A stretch of DNA of 64,000 nt from Takakia lepidozioides. Lineage: Eukaryota; Plantae; Bryophyta. The stretch spans positions 34,844,001 to 34,908,000 of the forward strand of contig CM060732.1 of the NCBI GenBank assembly GCA_030704615.1. Direction: 5' to 3'. The notes beneath the pieces are model-generated. The model did no database searches and was not told the DNA's origin. It saw only the letters and a list, made by a program, of their open reading frames with translations. Of the stretch, positions 23,001 through 33,775 are shown one piece after another (position 1 is the first letter of the stretch; each line of letters opens with the position of its first letter). Made by a program: the position numbers and the translations under genes.

Positions 23001-23597
23001 CGATAGGCTCACACTAACCCAAGGGCTGGCTATGGCAGCTGCACCCATGGAGGACCATCTTCATCAAGCCCTCCTCCGGAAGTGTAAGACCAACACTCAT
23101 CTGTCGGGCCTCTCTTCCCGTCTCCTCAGGCAAGTCAACTATCATCTTCCCTCTCATCGGGAGCATGAAGGTAAATTGCTTAAGGTAGTTCATTTTCAAG
23201 GGCAAGAGACTGTCGTGGAGGTCCCTACTAGGAGCTCTATGCCTGCGTTGCTTGAGCTTTACCATTGCTCACTATATGCTGGTCATCTAGGTGTTGACAA
23301 AACTGTCAAGCGACTCCAAGAAAAGTACCATTGGAAGGGGTTAACTAAGGATGTGGCAGATTTCATTTCTAAGTGTGTTCCATGTAAGTCTAAAACACTG
23401 TTGCCTAGGACCATAGCTCCTCTTAAATTACAACCAATTCCGGTGACTGAGATGTTTGCCCGAGTTGGTCTTGATCTTGTTGGACCCCTCCGAACTACGA
23501 CTAAGGGCAATAGCTACATTGGTGTGGCTACTGATTACCTGTCTAAGTGGGTTGAGATCTGACCGTTGGTTGCTAAGGACAGTGATGAGGTGGTTCA
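20050..23597 (+). pseudogene. pol: protease, dUTPase-like, RT, RNase H, integrase N-terminal part
   Basis: VVDTGCTMS; GVLDRGFRGELRLLVAN; YPLPRINDTL, MPFGLCNA, YVDD; AYASRRL..KEGLAV; H-H-C-C zinc motif and GLDLVGPL. Confidence 0.92.
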
Positions 23598-24127
23598 ATT
23601 CACTACAACAAATGAACGTTTTTATGACTGCACATATGACTATTTTTTCAGTCTTATATGCGTTCATGACTATATCACTCTACAGTGAAAAAAACCCTGT
23701 CATAACGACTAGTCTTTAGGACTGCGTTTTGCAAGTCATAGTCGTGACTGCGTGCGTGGCACCTGGAGTCATGCTGTAGAGAGGATGTAGTCACAACTAT
23801 ATGATTTATATATGACTAACTATATGACTACATGTCTACAAAGTATAACTCCATTGGAGAGGCGTCAGAGAGACATATGTAGCACTCCGGATGTGACACG
23901 TGTCCACATGGACAACATGTATGACCCACACGTGGGAAAGAATATCGTATCATATAATGCCACGTTGCCATGATGTAGTCATGAGTATATAACTTCATGA
24001 CTAAAGAGGTTTTTTTAATAATATTTTAATTTAATAAATTAAATCATACAATTATAATATTTAGATTATTAATTGATTTAAATTCTCATTAGGTTTCTAG
24101 GAAAATAGAATGGAAGCCATTGTGGTA

Positions 24128-24720
24128 TTTTTTTATTATTTTTATTTTTGTTAACAAAGAGGGACAGTGGGGGACAGTGGCCTCTAGAACTTTATAGGTA
24201 ATGGACATAAAATGTCCTTGGATACAAAGAGGAAAAATAACCTCTGGATAGAGTGCCATAGAGGTTGAAAGAGGAAGACACAGCTTCGCGTACCAAGACA
24301 AGAAAGAGTAGTAAGAAGGAAGGCAAGCAAAGAAGGGGGTCTGCATAGAGCTAAAGAGTCTAGCAGGAAAAGAGACTGCAGCCAGAAACTACTGCCATAA
24401 CTTGGAAACAGAAAGGCACCGAGCTAAGGAGAAGAACTGAAAATCAGCTAACAATGTCATAAGAAAGCTGGGCCCTAGGCCTAGCCTTCCACTTCCTAAA
24501 AGATCTACAGATGGAGAGACATCCCTGTAGGGGTCGTGCTCTTCAGCTCAAGACCAACCAATTGATCATCTATCCATGCAGGTTTCTTGTAGCTATCCTT
24601 CTACAAGGAATCATATGTAATCTGGAGATTGAAATCCGGCCCTCTTGGATGAATCTAGACCCATGCACTCTATCCCTGCTCCTTCAGCTATCCATGCCTC
24701 TGCACAAATCATGTATATAT
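24128..24720 (-). mobile_element. 3' end of an L1-type LINE with A-rich tail, inside the CACTA element
   Basis: T-rich run at ~24128-24150 and blocks (AGGCCT..GGCCC, CATTGTTAG, CTCGGTG) colinear with the LINE 3' region at 59340-59698. Similar short tail at ~36728-36790. Confidence 0.55.
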
Positions 24721-26397
24721 GTATCATGTATCAGAGGAGGAGAGAGAGAGAGAGTCATTACCATGTCACATTCCCAATCTCTGGGGGGAGCTTAAGAATA
24801 CAGTTCGTAATCAAAAAAGCCCTTCAAAAATACTGGCTTGGTAATTCTTGGGTTCAAATAGCTTAAACAAGTATGTTGTAAGCTCAACAGGTCTTTGAGA
24901 AAACCATTCCAGCAGGCCTAAGAGTGAGAGCTTTGATGAAAACAATTCCCTATTACAACTTTAAAGGACTTGTATGTTCCTAAAAGCACAATCTAAACTG
25001 ATTGTACTTCCATAAGTAGATGCAGGGCTATGGTATATATCCCAGGGCCTTATCCAGTCACTCTGCCAAGTTTTAGAGAGATCCTCAAAAATACCAGTCT
25101 GTAATCAGGTTATAATCTCCATGGGGGAGCCTGAAAGAATGTATGTGTTCTTAAAAAGGCTTACCCAATGCCTTACTTAATACATTCTAAACTGGTGAGG
25201 CATAAACAACACTGTCTGACTCTCCAAAAAGCTAGAAAACAGGTCTGGAAAAATGCATCCAATGTCACACTTGCATCACCAAACCCTTGTCATCACAACC
25301 AGCCCGAACCTTCACAATAAGGTCTGATTTCTAGGAGGCCCAGCCCATTTACTTCCCTGACTTAACAGATTTGGTTACCAAGAACCAGAAATCAAAGTAA
25401 AGGTTTAAGGCATATCCCCTTGAAGCAGCTTTGAAGCAGAAAATTGCAACAACGGCAGCTTGCAGCATATCTTATCCCTCCTGCAGTAACCAGATCATCT
25501 GCAAGCCAAAGAGTTCATGCCAAGTGAAATCCCTCACCTGCGCCGGTCCCAAAAACAAACACAAAAAATGTTTTGTGCGTTAGTGAGGATGCGTGAGGTG
25601 AATTACAGGATTTCACAGTTGCTATCCATGTCAGGTATGAGCCATAAAGCATGCAAAGATCACAGAACCAGCAGAAGAAAGCATAGATGTGACACCACAA
25701 AGAACCTCAATCTTTTGTGGAGTAGGACGCTGCAGTGTTCATCATCTGAATTTGAACGAGCACAACAGAATGTAGCGGGAGGAGAGTTGAGGACAGGTTG
25801 TATCTTGTAATACAGGCCGCTTCCCCACCTCCATAACCGCCGCTGCTTCATCAATGAGGAAAAAACGTAGGCAAACATAACAGTATGTCATTTGCCATCG
25901 CGGGAGATGAAAGTGTTTGCCGTCATTGCGCGTACAAAAAACAAGAACACACCCGTTCGGATCTTGCTGCTCGGGCATTCAGCCGCCATCGAGCATTCGT
26001 CCGCCATCGCCCTCTTCCAGAGAAAAAAAACACACACGATATCGTGCTGTGTCTAGGGCAGAGAGACACTTAAAGGAAAACCACCCGCGATTTCATCCAT
26101 GGATGGTATCAGACCAGAATGAAAAATGGGCATTCAATAGGTTTAAATCAAAGGAGCATAAACCTAAAATGCATTGAAATGCATATCTGCCTATAAATCA
26201 TCCAGTTATGGTTATAACAAAAATTTCATTAAGTATGGATGAAACCTTAAAAATTGGGATTAAAAATATATAGTATTTCCAAAATAAGTATTATGGAAAA
26301 AAAAATTGATAATTCCAAACAAGTAGTTGGAGAGAGGGGGAGAGAGGGAGAGAGAGAGAGTCACCGGGGAAGGTGGTCATCATGATACTCTAAGACA

Positions 26398-26815
26398 CCA
26401 CATCTTGTTCAGCCATGTTGTTGAACACTCCCTTTGCATCCTTGCTACACCTACATTTGGCATACATATTGTCCACTAGGGGAGTGTTCAAAATGACATC
26501 TGGTACATTTGCAGCTTTGACGATGCAACCATAGACCTTCTACCCTTTTCCAGGGCTGCCAGGCTTGCACACGCATTGCAAACACATACACACGTTATGT
26601 GGTCGGGCTTCAGTATCCCTTCCCTCATAATTTGCTCATAGGTCTCCAAAGCCTCCATCCCACGCCCCTGTTGTGCATACCCTGCAAACATCGCACTCCA
26701 TGACACCACATCTCGTTCAGCCATAGTGTTGAACACTCCCTTTGCATCCTCGATGCACCCACATTTGACATACATGTCCACCAAGGCAGGGGCAGTGTTC
26801 AAAATGACATCTGGT
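26398..26815 (-). pseudogene. PLS-class pentatricopeptide repeat gene fragment
   Basis: ALVDMYVKCGCIEDAKGVFNTMAERDVVSWSAMFAGYAQQGRGMEAL..PDHITCVCVCNACASLAALEKG, plus a second broken repeat (MYAKC..DAKGVFNNMAEQDVVS). Confidence 0.9.
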
Positions 26816-27839
26816 AATCTGACAGGTATTCACATTTTTGCCTTGGTTGTCCCACCATTGACTGGGGTCAGAAAAGTATTCATTCCAAAGCTTCTCCTCA
26901 TCTCTGTTACCTCTTTTGGATACTTTCCTGTTGTCACATTGGCAATATCATATCAAAGTCACTCCAAACTATCCCAGTTTCACTAAACCAAGTAACTTGC
27001 AGAATTCAACATGGAAATTTAGGGCCGATTCTGATAAGAGGAAAAAACAAGGTGAATTGTGTTGAAAAACGTGCTTTCATTAGCAGACCATTTTCTCATT
27101 AGCAGATTTCTTGTAGCTATTGATCCACGGGGAATCAGAACTAATCTTGTGTTTGAAATCCGGCCCTCTTGGATGAACCTGGACCTCTATCCTTGGTCCT
27201 TTAGCTACCCCTGTCTGTGTACAAATCATGAATACTTGCTGCTAGCAGCTGACACTGACGGCGTGAAGTTCTTCCAGCAAACCCCAACCCTAATTATTAC
27301 AGTAGTTCTAATTCTAAATTGCATCTACTTCTCTCTAGTGTAGTCCAACATGCATTCACCTTTTTGTCTCCATTGTCTCGCCATTGACTGGGGTCGGAAA
27401 AGTGTTCATTCCAAAGCTTCTCCTCATCTCTATTACCTGTTTTTGGATACTTTCATGCTGCCAACAGAGCAAAACAGGCTGAAACAGGTCAAAGAAGAAG
27501 GTATCCTCACCACATTGTCCTTTACCTTGTATCATGACCCATAGAGGATTTGACTGACCATCAGCCCAAAAGGACCCCTTGTGTGTGCTGCTTATATCTG
27601 TAGTCATGTAATGTTGGATTGGTATGTGAGATCGAACCACCACGGTGCAGCTAAGCAGGCAGAGATTGAAACACGGCCTGCTAAGACCAAGCTGACTCTC
27701 CCAAGAACGGCGAGCGTCTCCTCGTCTCGTCTCTCTCCCAAAAACGACGAGCTCACAAGAATGTTGGGATCTTCTCCTCGTCTCCTCTCCTCCTCCTCTT
27801 CTCCTTCCTTCATCATTTGCTCAAGAGTAGGAAGGTCTG

Positions 27840-27905
27840 CAAAGCCTCCATCCCACGCCCCTGCATATCCTGCGATCATCGCGTTCCATAACACAACATC
27901 AAATA
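27840..27905 (-). pseudogene. Second short PPR fragment
   Basis: DVVLWNAMIAGYA; shares AAAGCCTCCATCCCACGCCCCTG with ~26648-26670. Confidence 0.75.
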
Positions 27906-28656
27906 GATGGTGAAACGCAGGAGACAAAAAAGCCTAAGTCCCAGCCCGGTGTACAGTTCGGCGGTGTAATCTTAAACCGTTAGATCTTAAACAATCTAGA
28001 CCGTTAGATCCTGTAAAATCTAACGATTCAAAATAATTTCCATCACATGATCTAACCTTGTACAACCACGTATTTTAATCTCATATATCTTGCGAAGCCA
28101 CGTCCATCCAGGTCCAATTTATTGAACATATATCAAATCGACACACCGTATAGGCGGATGGATGAACCCATCCATTGAATGAATTCATTAATGTATATGC
28201 CTTTTAAATGACATGTGTAGTGATGTAGTCATATATATAGAGTTATGAAACAATTTGCAGTAAGGGACTCATAAGTTTACAGTCATCGATGGATAAACTC
28301 ATCCAATGGATGAATACATTCATGTACGTGCTTTCAAAATGACACGTGTAGGGATGTAGTCGTATAAATAGAGCTATAAAACCATCTTCAGTCATGGAGT
28401 CACAAGATTCCATGAAACGTCGTCCACGTCTAGTCAAACATATCACACTAGTCATAAAACCATCCTTGTCATCATGGTCAACAATGTTTGACCAATGCTC
28501 CCTAATTTTCCGGAGTCATGTAGTGATATCCATTACTATAAAGTGATAAAATTATGACTGCAACGCATTTCAGCGCTCTGTAGTCGTATACCTAGTGCCG
28601 TTTTTATGACTCCGCCAAATCCGTAGTCCTAAAAACGCTCATCTCTTGAAGTGATT

Positions 28657-29450
28657 CTTCTTTGATGAAATCCTGCTACGCCATGTTTGTCCCCTTGAAA
28701 TTTTAACTAATCAGGGTACGGAGTTTTGTAACCAGCTTATGGAGGTTGTGTGCTTTAATTTAGATGTCAAGCATCGTTTGACTGCTCCCTACAACCCCCA
28801 GTGCAATAGGCTTACAGAGAGGTTCAACAAAACCATGTGCCAGTTGTTAGAAAAGAACGGGGCTCTCACTGAAGACTGGGTGTTACTCTACCCATTCTCA
28901 TATTTGCCTACAGGACCTCGGTGCATGCCAGCACTCGTTTTTCCCCTTTTGAATTACTGTATGGCCGCAAGGCTCGCACCCCTCTTCATGTCCCTGTGCT
29001 TCAGACTCAGGTTGCGGAGCCCATCATATGGGAAGACTTTCTTCCTCACCTCACTTCTCATCGTTTACGTTTATTAGAGACTGCTAAGCACAACATTCAG
29101 GTTTCTCAAGTAGCTCAGGCTCGAAATTATAACCGTACGGTTGTTTACTCTGAAATTTTTTCTTTAGGCCAGACTGTTTGTGTTCGATTGCAGCCTGGCA
29201 AACAGGTCACCAAATCCAAGATGCGAATTGATGGGCCTTATCTGATTCATGCGATTCTGCCTGGTCGGCAGTAACGTCTTCTTCCTCAGCACCATTCTAC
29301 GGCGGAGATTGCAGGGACTGTTCATGTTTCTCAACTGGTCCCTTCTAAGCTGCAGTTTGATTTGACCTGCATCAACGTGGAGAATCGGCATGTGGTGTTA
29401 ACTCCGAAGAAACGTGCTCGGCTTGATTCTGCTTCCATTGCTACCTAGAC
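28657..29450 (+). pseudogene. Integrase core and C-terminus (continuation of pol)
   Basis: ILTNQGTEF..TAPYNPQCNRLTERFNKT; HASTRFSPFELLYGR; GPY motif. Confidence 0.9.
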
Positions 29451-29722
29451 TTCCTCATCACACTGTCTTTATTCCGCTACTCCATCCCTAGGATCTCTAT
29501 CAGTTTCTTTCTCGTTCTTCAGGTTGCATACCTCACAAGCTAGGATTTTTCCACATCAAGGTTTTGTCCTTCGCTCAACTTGCAGAGCAAGGTTTTCCTT
29601 GTTGCGGTTTTTTCATCTTATCTTGGTGTAACCATGAGTGACCCTGCTCTCTGTTTGAGTAGAGTGTTTATTTAGCTTGCTCACTGGAGCTCGCTTCTCT
29701 GTGTGCCAGGAGGCTTTACATA

Positions 29723-30229
29723 TGTAATGGCCAGATTCCTTCCACCTACCTTTTTGTCATTGGATGAACAGACGATTGGATGATGGCCTTTGAAAAAGGG
29801 TTTGGATGAAATAGTTGGAGACAATCTATTTTTAAACTAAGTATTGTCTTTTGTTAACAGCTAGTTTATCTCTAAATTAGAATGAGGTGGCGTCCTATCT
29901 GGACAGACACTCGGATGGCATTCAGGTGACCAATCAAGGCATGCCACTTGGTCAGATAAGATTGTGGGCCTTCGTTTATAAAAAGGATCAACACGACGCT
30001 TAAGGCGGCGGTGTACGTTTGGTGTGAAACCCTATTGTACCTGTGTGTGAGTTTTGGATGAAAGGGCCGTGAATGAGGATGTGCTGTTAGGTTGGGTGAG
30101 TGATTTTGTCTCCTCTGCGTTGGATCCTGCCTATCTCGCTAGCCTGCTTTACCGAGCATACATTCCCCTTATAGCTCGATACCCCGAGAGGAAGAGGAAT
30201 AACGGGGTGGGCGAGAATCTGGCTTTACA
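29723..30229 (+). repeat. 3' LTR
   Basis: TGTAATGGCC...GGCTTTACA, direct repeat of 17902-18396. Confidence 0.9.
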
Positions 30230-30508
30230 AGCCTAGACGGATATGAACAAATAGAGTTTATGTTTATGCCTGGTCGGATGGGCTCAGGGGTCTGGCTATT
30301 AAACAAGCCCGAATTTCTTTTAAGAAAATAAAAATGTTCAAGTTCAAGATTTTAATATATTACAGCGTAAAATACGCATACTTCATCATCTTAATTAGTG
30401 TATGGTGTACAGTATCGCTTTTGTTGTTTCTTACAGTTCTCCAATACTCTCTCCGCGCTTCATGTGAACATAATTTATCATCTTAATTAGTGTATGGGGT
30501 ACAATATT

Positions 30509-30964
30509 TTGTTGTTTCTTACAGTTCTTCAATACTCTCTCCACGCTTCATGTGAATAGTTTGAATGTCCTGTCTTCCCATATTTTTCTATGTTTTTTCC
30601 TCTCTGTCTTCCATACTTCTTACTCATAAATCCTATGTTTGTGTGAACGTCACCCGACAAAATGTTGAAGGCAACCTCCAGTTGAGTTTCATTCAACCCA
30701 CCAGGTCTCTCTCTCCATGGATGTAACAAAATTCTTTCTTTCTCTCATTAATAAGCTAACTGCTCTACCCGATGCTAGCCCGCATTTGTAAAGCTTCACT
30801 GTAAATGAGCAAAAACCAAGGCTATACACTGAACTCTGTCTCTCGAACTCAAATGAGAACCCTAAAGTATGACTGACAAGGTTTCAAGACTTTTGGAAGA
30901 AAAAGGGAGTCACTTACTATCCAACCGGAAGCAAAGAAAGAAAGGAAGCCAAAGTAAACTGCTA
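30509..30964. repeat. ~455-bp direct duplicate of ~40765-41221 (kelch gene upstream/intron region)
   Basis: Near-identical from GTTGTTTCTTACAG to GCCAAAGTAAACTGCTA. A partial tandem copy lies at ~30385-30470. Confidence 0.88.
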
Positions 30965-31480
30965 TCTTACTTATCTAGCTTAGCCCCCCCCCCCCCCCCC
31001 CCCGCACCGGGCTGTAAACGGATGTTAAGTTAGTGCTAACTACTGCTAGCTTGAAAAATCCGGCCGCACTGCCCTGCTTCACAAATTTTAGCTCTAACTA
31101 CTGCTATCTATCCTAAAATAATCCTTCCTAGTTTAGAGCGAATTTAGCACTACCCCCACCCCCCCCCCCCCAGTGCTAAATCTAAACTGGCGCGCGATCC
31201 TTCGGCAGTTGCCCGACAATTTTCACATTTCGCCATCTACACATTTCGCCATCGCCGTGCGTTTCACCGTCTCTCTCGCGCTTCAAGTTTTGCTCTTCTT
31301 TCGCATTTTGCACTTTGCTTTTGTAGTTCGTTGTATTTGTTGTTTGGCACTTTGCTTTTGTAGCTCCTTCTCTCTTGCTTTGATTTTTGCTTTGACGTAG
31401 TTCTTTCTCTTGATAATTTTTTCTTCATTCTTTAGCTGTAGCTCGGTGCTCCTTCTTGTCGTGTTTTGCACTCCTGCATC

Positions 31481-31990
31481 ATGTCCACTGCAACAACAGG
31501 GTCGGGGTCAGACAATGTAGGAGATGCTATGGAATCACACAGGGAAGAGATTGCGACCGAGAGTCACCTTGCAGGGAAGAGATCGAGAGTTGAGAAGAGG
31601 CCGAGACTCACAAACTGGTCGGAGCAGGAGATGCACTTGCGCTGGGAAAGAAACAGGAGTGGGAAGCTTGGAAAGCCTCCAGTGCCAGGGGAATATGGTT
31701 GTTGACAAGCTCAAGTGGGTGAAGGTCATTCGCTTTATGGAGAGCCAAGGTGTCCGAGGTCGTGATATGAGGAGTTGCATCAATAAATGAAACCTAATCA
31801 CGAAGCTCTACAAAGACATTCGAGGCCACCAAATCAATGCAACTGGCAATCAGGATTTTTGGAGCATGACGAGCAAAGAGCGGATAGCTCTTGGCCTTCC
31901 GAAGGTGTTCTCAAAGGAATTGTACGACGATATTCTTGGATGAGCGGGCGTGTAATGCTCCGCGAGCCACTTCAGGCAGCATGCGGGTAA
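31481..31990 (+). pseudogene. Myb/SANT (trihelix)-like DNA-binding domain, broken; probably PIF/Harbinger ORF1 remnant
   Basis: Across frameshifts: NWSEQEM..KWVKVIRFMESQGVRGRDMRSCINK*..YKDIR..DFWSMTSKERIALGLPKVFSKELYD. Confidence 0.65.
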
Positions 31991-32627
31991 CAATTCCATG
32001 AACTATTGTACCTTATAAACCTCCATAATGCAAAGTAAACATTGTACTGCTACTCTGTTGTGGGCTGCCAACATAGGGTTAGAATCCAATTAAATTCTTC
32101 CTATCCTGGACAATCATGGAATATACAAGCCATGACCTTCATTTTGATAGAAAGGGGTTGCATCCACCTCGAATCGATTTGGTTCAAAAATCCCCACTCC
32201 CTGTACACCACATACACATTCCAGTGGCATCAGAGCAATAACTTTCACAGTTAGTAGCTGACCATCCCAACACTTTGAGAATACAGCAGTGACAAAAGCA
32301 AGTAGAAGACTGCAGTTCAAGAAACAAAACATCCCCAGAGTAACATAAAAGTGAGCTGCATTTTTTCACAACCAAGATCATAGAAGTGAAAGAGATTATC
32401 AAATGTCTCAAAGTCAATGTCTCAATGTCTCAAAGTCAAAGTCAAAGACATGGCTCACTTGTCACTTGATAGAGATATGCACATACCCTTTCTATTGCAC
32501 ACACTATCCATCTGCCGTCAAGGTCATATGGACAACGGACATCTCTGGAAGACACAACAGGTGTTCCCAGCTACATGTGCCTATCTAAATTCAACAAAAA
32601 ATTCTAACTATTATCTCCACTATTGGG

Positions 32628-33050
32628 CTAGCTTGGACGTCCCTGCTTGTCCACAAGACTCCTGAAATGCTCAACAAGTTTCCCAAAGTGGCTAACCATG
32701 GTTCGTCGGTCCAATGATGCTTCCCTCCTATCCATTAATGCCTCTTGCTCTGCATTAACAGCGATCTCAGCCTTGTGTACCTCAAACTCGAACTTGGTCT
32801 TTTGCAACTGCAAACTCTTCTCAAACCTTTTGGTTTTCTCTTTCCGCTCCTCCTCCAAATTCTTAGCCATGCTCTCACTAGCAACTTTGAATGAATTCAG
32901 AAGGTCGGTGCCGGCCGTTGATTTCTTTTTCTTTCCTGTGGAGTTTCTTCTGGTTGTGGGCTTGGGACGAGATCCTGTGATCCTCTTTGGGCCCTGATTT
33001 CTGGGCAGAACATCAAAGCTCCTTTTCTGAACAGGGCCCAAACTGGAAAT
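32628..33050 (-). pseudogene. Basic/coiled-coil C-terminal fragment typical of trihelix/Harbinger ORF1 proteins
   Basis: STGKKKKS..LLNSFKVASESMAKNLEEERKEK..MVSHFGKLVEHF. Confidence 0.4.
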
Positions 33051-33775
33051 AAATGGAAATGGGAGGAATAACCATTGGAAGATCCTACTGGGCACCATGC
33101 TTCTTTTGAATACTCGCCTCAACTACAAACCCTAATACTTAAGGTTGTCTCTAAGTAAAAGTGATAACGTAACTAGCTAGTGGAGGTAATTAATCAACTT
33201 ATTCGGATAGAAGCTAAGCCGAGGCTGCAGCGGGTCATGTGAGAAGCTTGTGAAAAATGCAACATTCAGCCTAGCAAGGTACCATCCATTAGGTTGAAAA
33301 GGAGTTGAGAGCCTCAACATTTGCATTGTAGTGCCTCAAAATTTGGATGTTATTTGGATGCAACCAAATCCGCTAATATCAAGGCCAATAATAAGTAGTA
33401 ATCATGAACCAACAAAGCGACACAAACTTGAAATTTTCATGTACAAAGAGGTTTGTGGTATAGAGTTTAAACTTTAGCATGTATAGAGAGAGTGCTAAAA
33501 AAAATAAAGATAAAAAAGAATATGATGTAGGAATATTGGATTTGATCCCATGACCTCTTACTTCCTATCATAACCAACATTTCTCTTTATTCACATTTTG
33601 AAGCTCCAAAGACAAGATGAATCTCATATTTCTTGTTCATGTAGCATTGTTTTGCTAATCAAATGTGTATAAATGTGAGAAAGTGGTTTTTTCTTCAAAC
33701 TTAAATTTTGCTTAAAATACATTGTTTGAAAAGGAAATATACCACAAAAAGGTCTTACTTCCAGGATTTGTGAAC

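Larger units (their letters stand above)
23601..28653. mobile_element. Non-autonomous CACTA (En/Spm) element with captured cargo
   Basis: Left end CACTACAACAAATGAACGTTTTTATGACT; right end reverse complement CACTTCAAGAGATGAGCGTTTTTAGGACT; 3-bp TSD ATT (23598-23600, 28654-28656); many TATGACT/AGTCAT subterminal repeats; integrase frame resumes (DEVVQF/FFDEILLRH). Confidence 0.92.
17902..30229 (+). mobile_element. Full-length degenerate Ty3/gypsy LTR retrotransposon with a dUTPase-like domain and nested CACTA insertion
   Basis: Direct repeats 17902-18396 and 29723-30229 (TGTAA...TTACA); flanks AACC/AGCC (possible 4-bp TSD, 1 mismatch); order gag-PR-dUTPase-like-RT-RH-IN. Confidence 0.92.

Noticed and set aside
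22590-23200. Additional (Tat-type) RNase H between RH and integrase
   Set aside because: The spacer is long but no DG/E/D motifs were seen; region is degraded.
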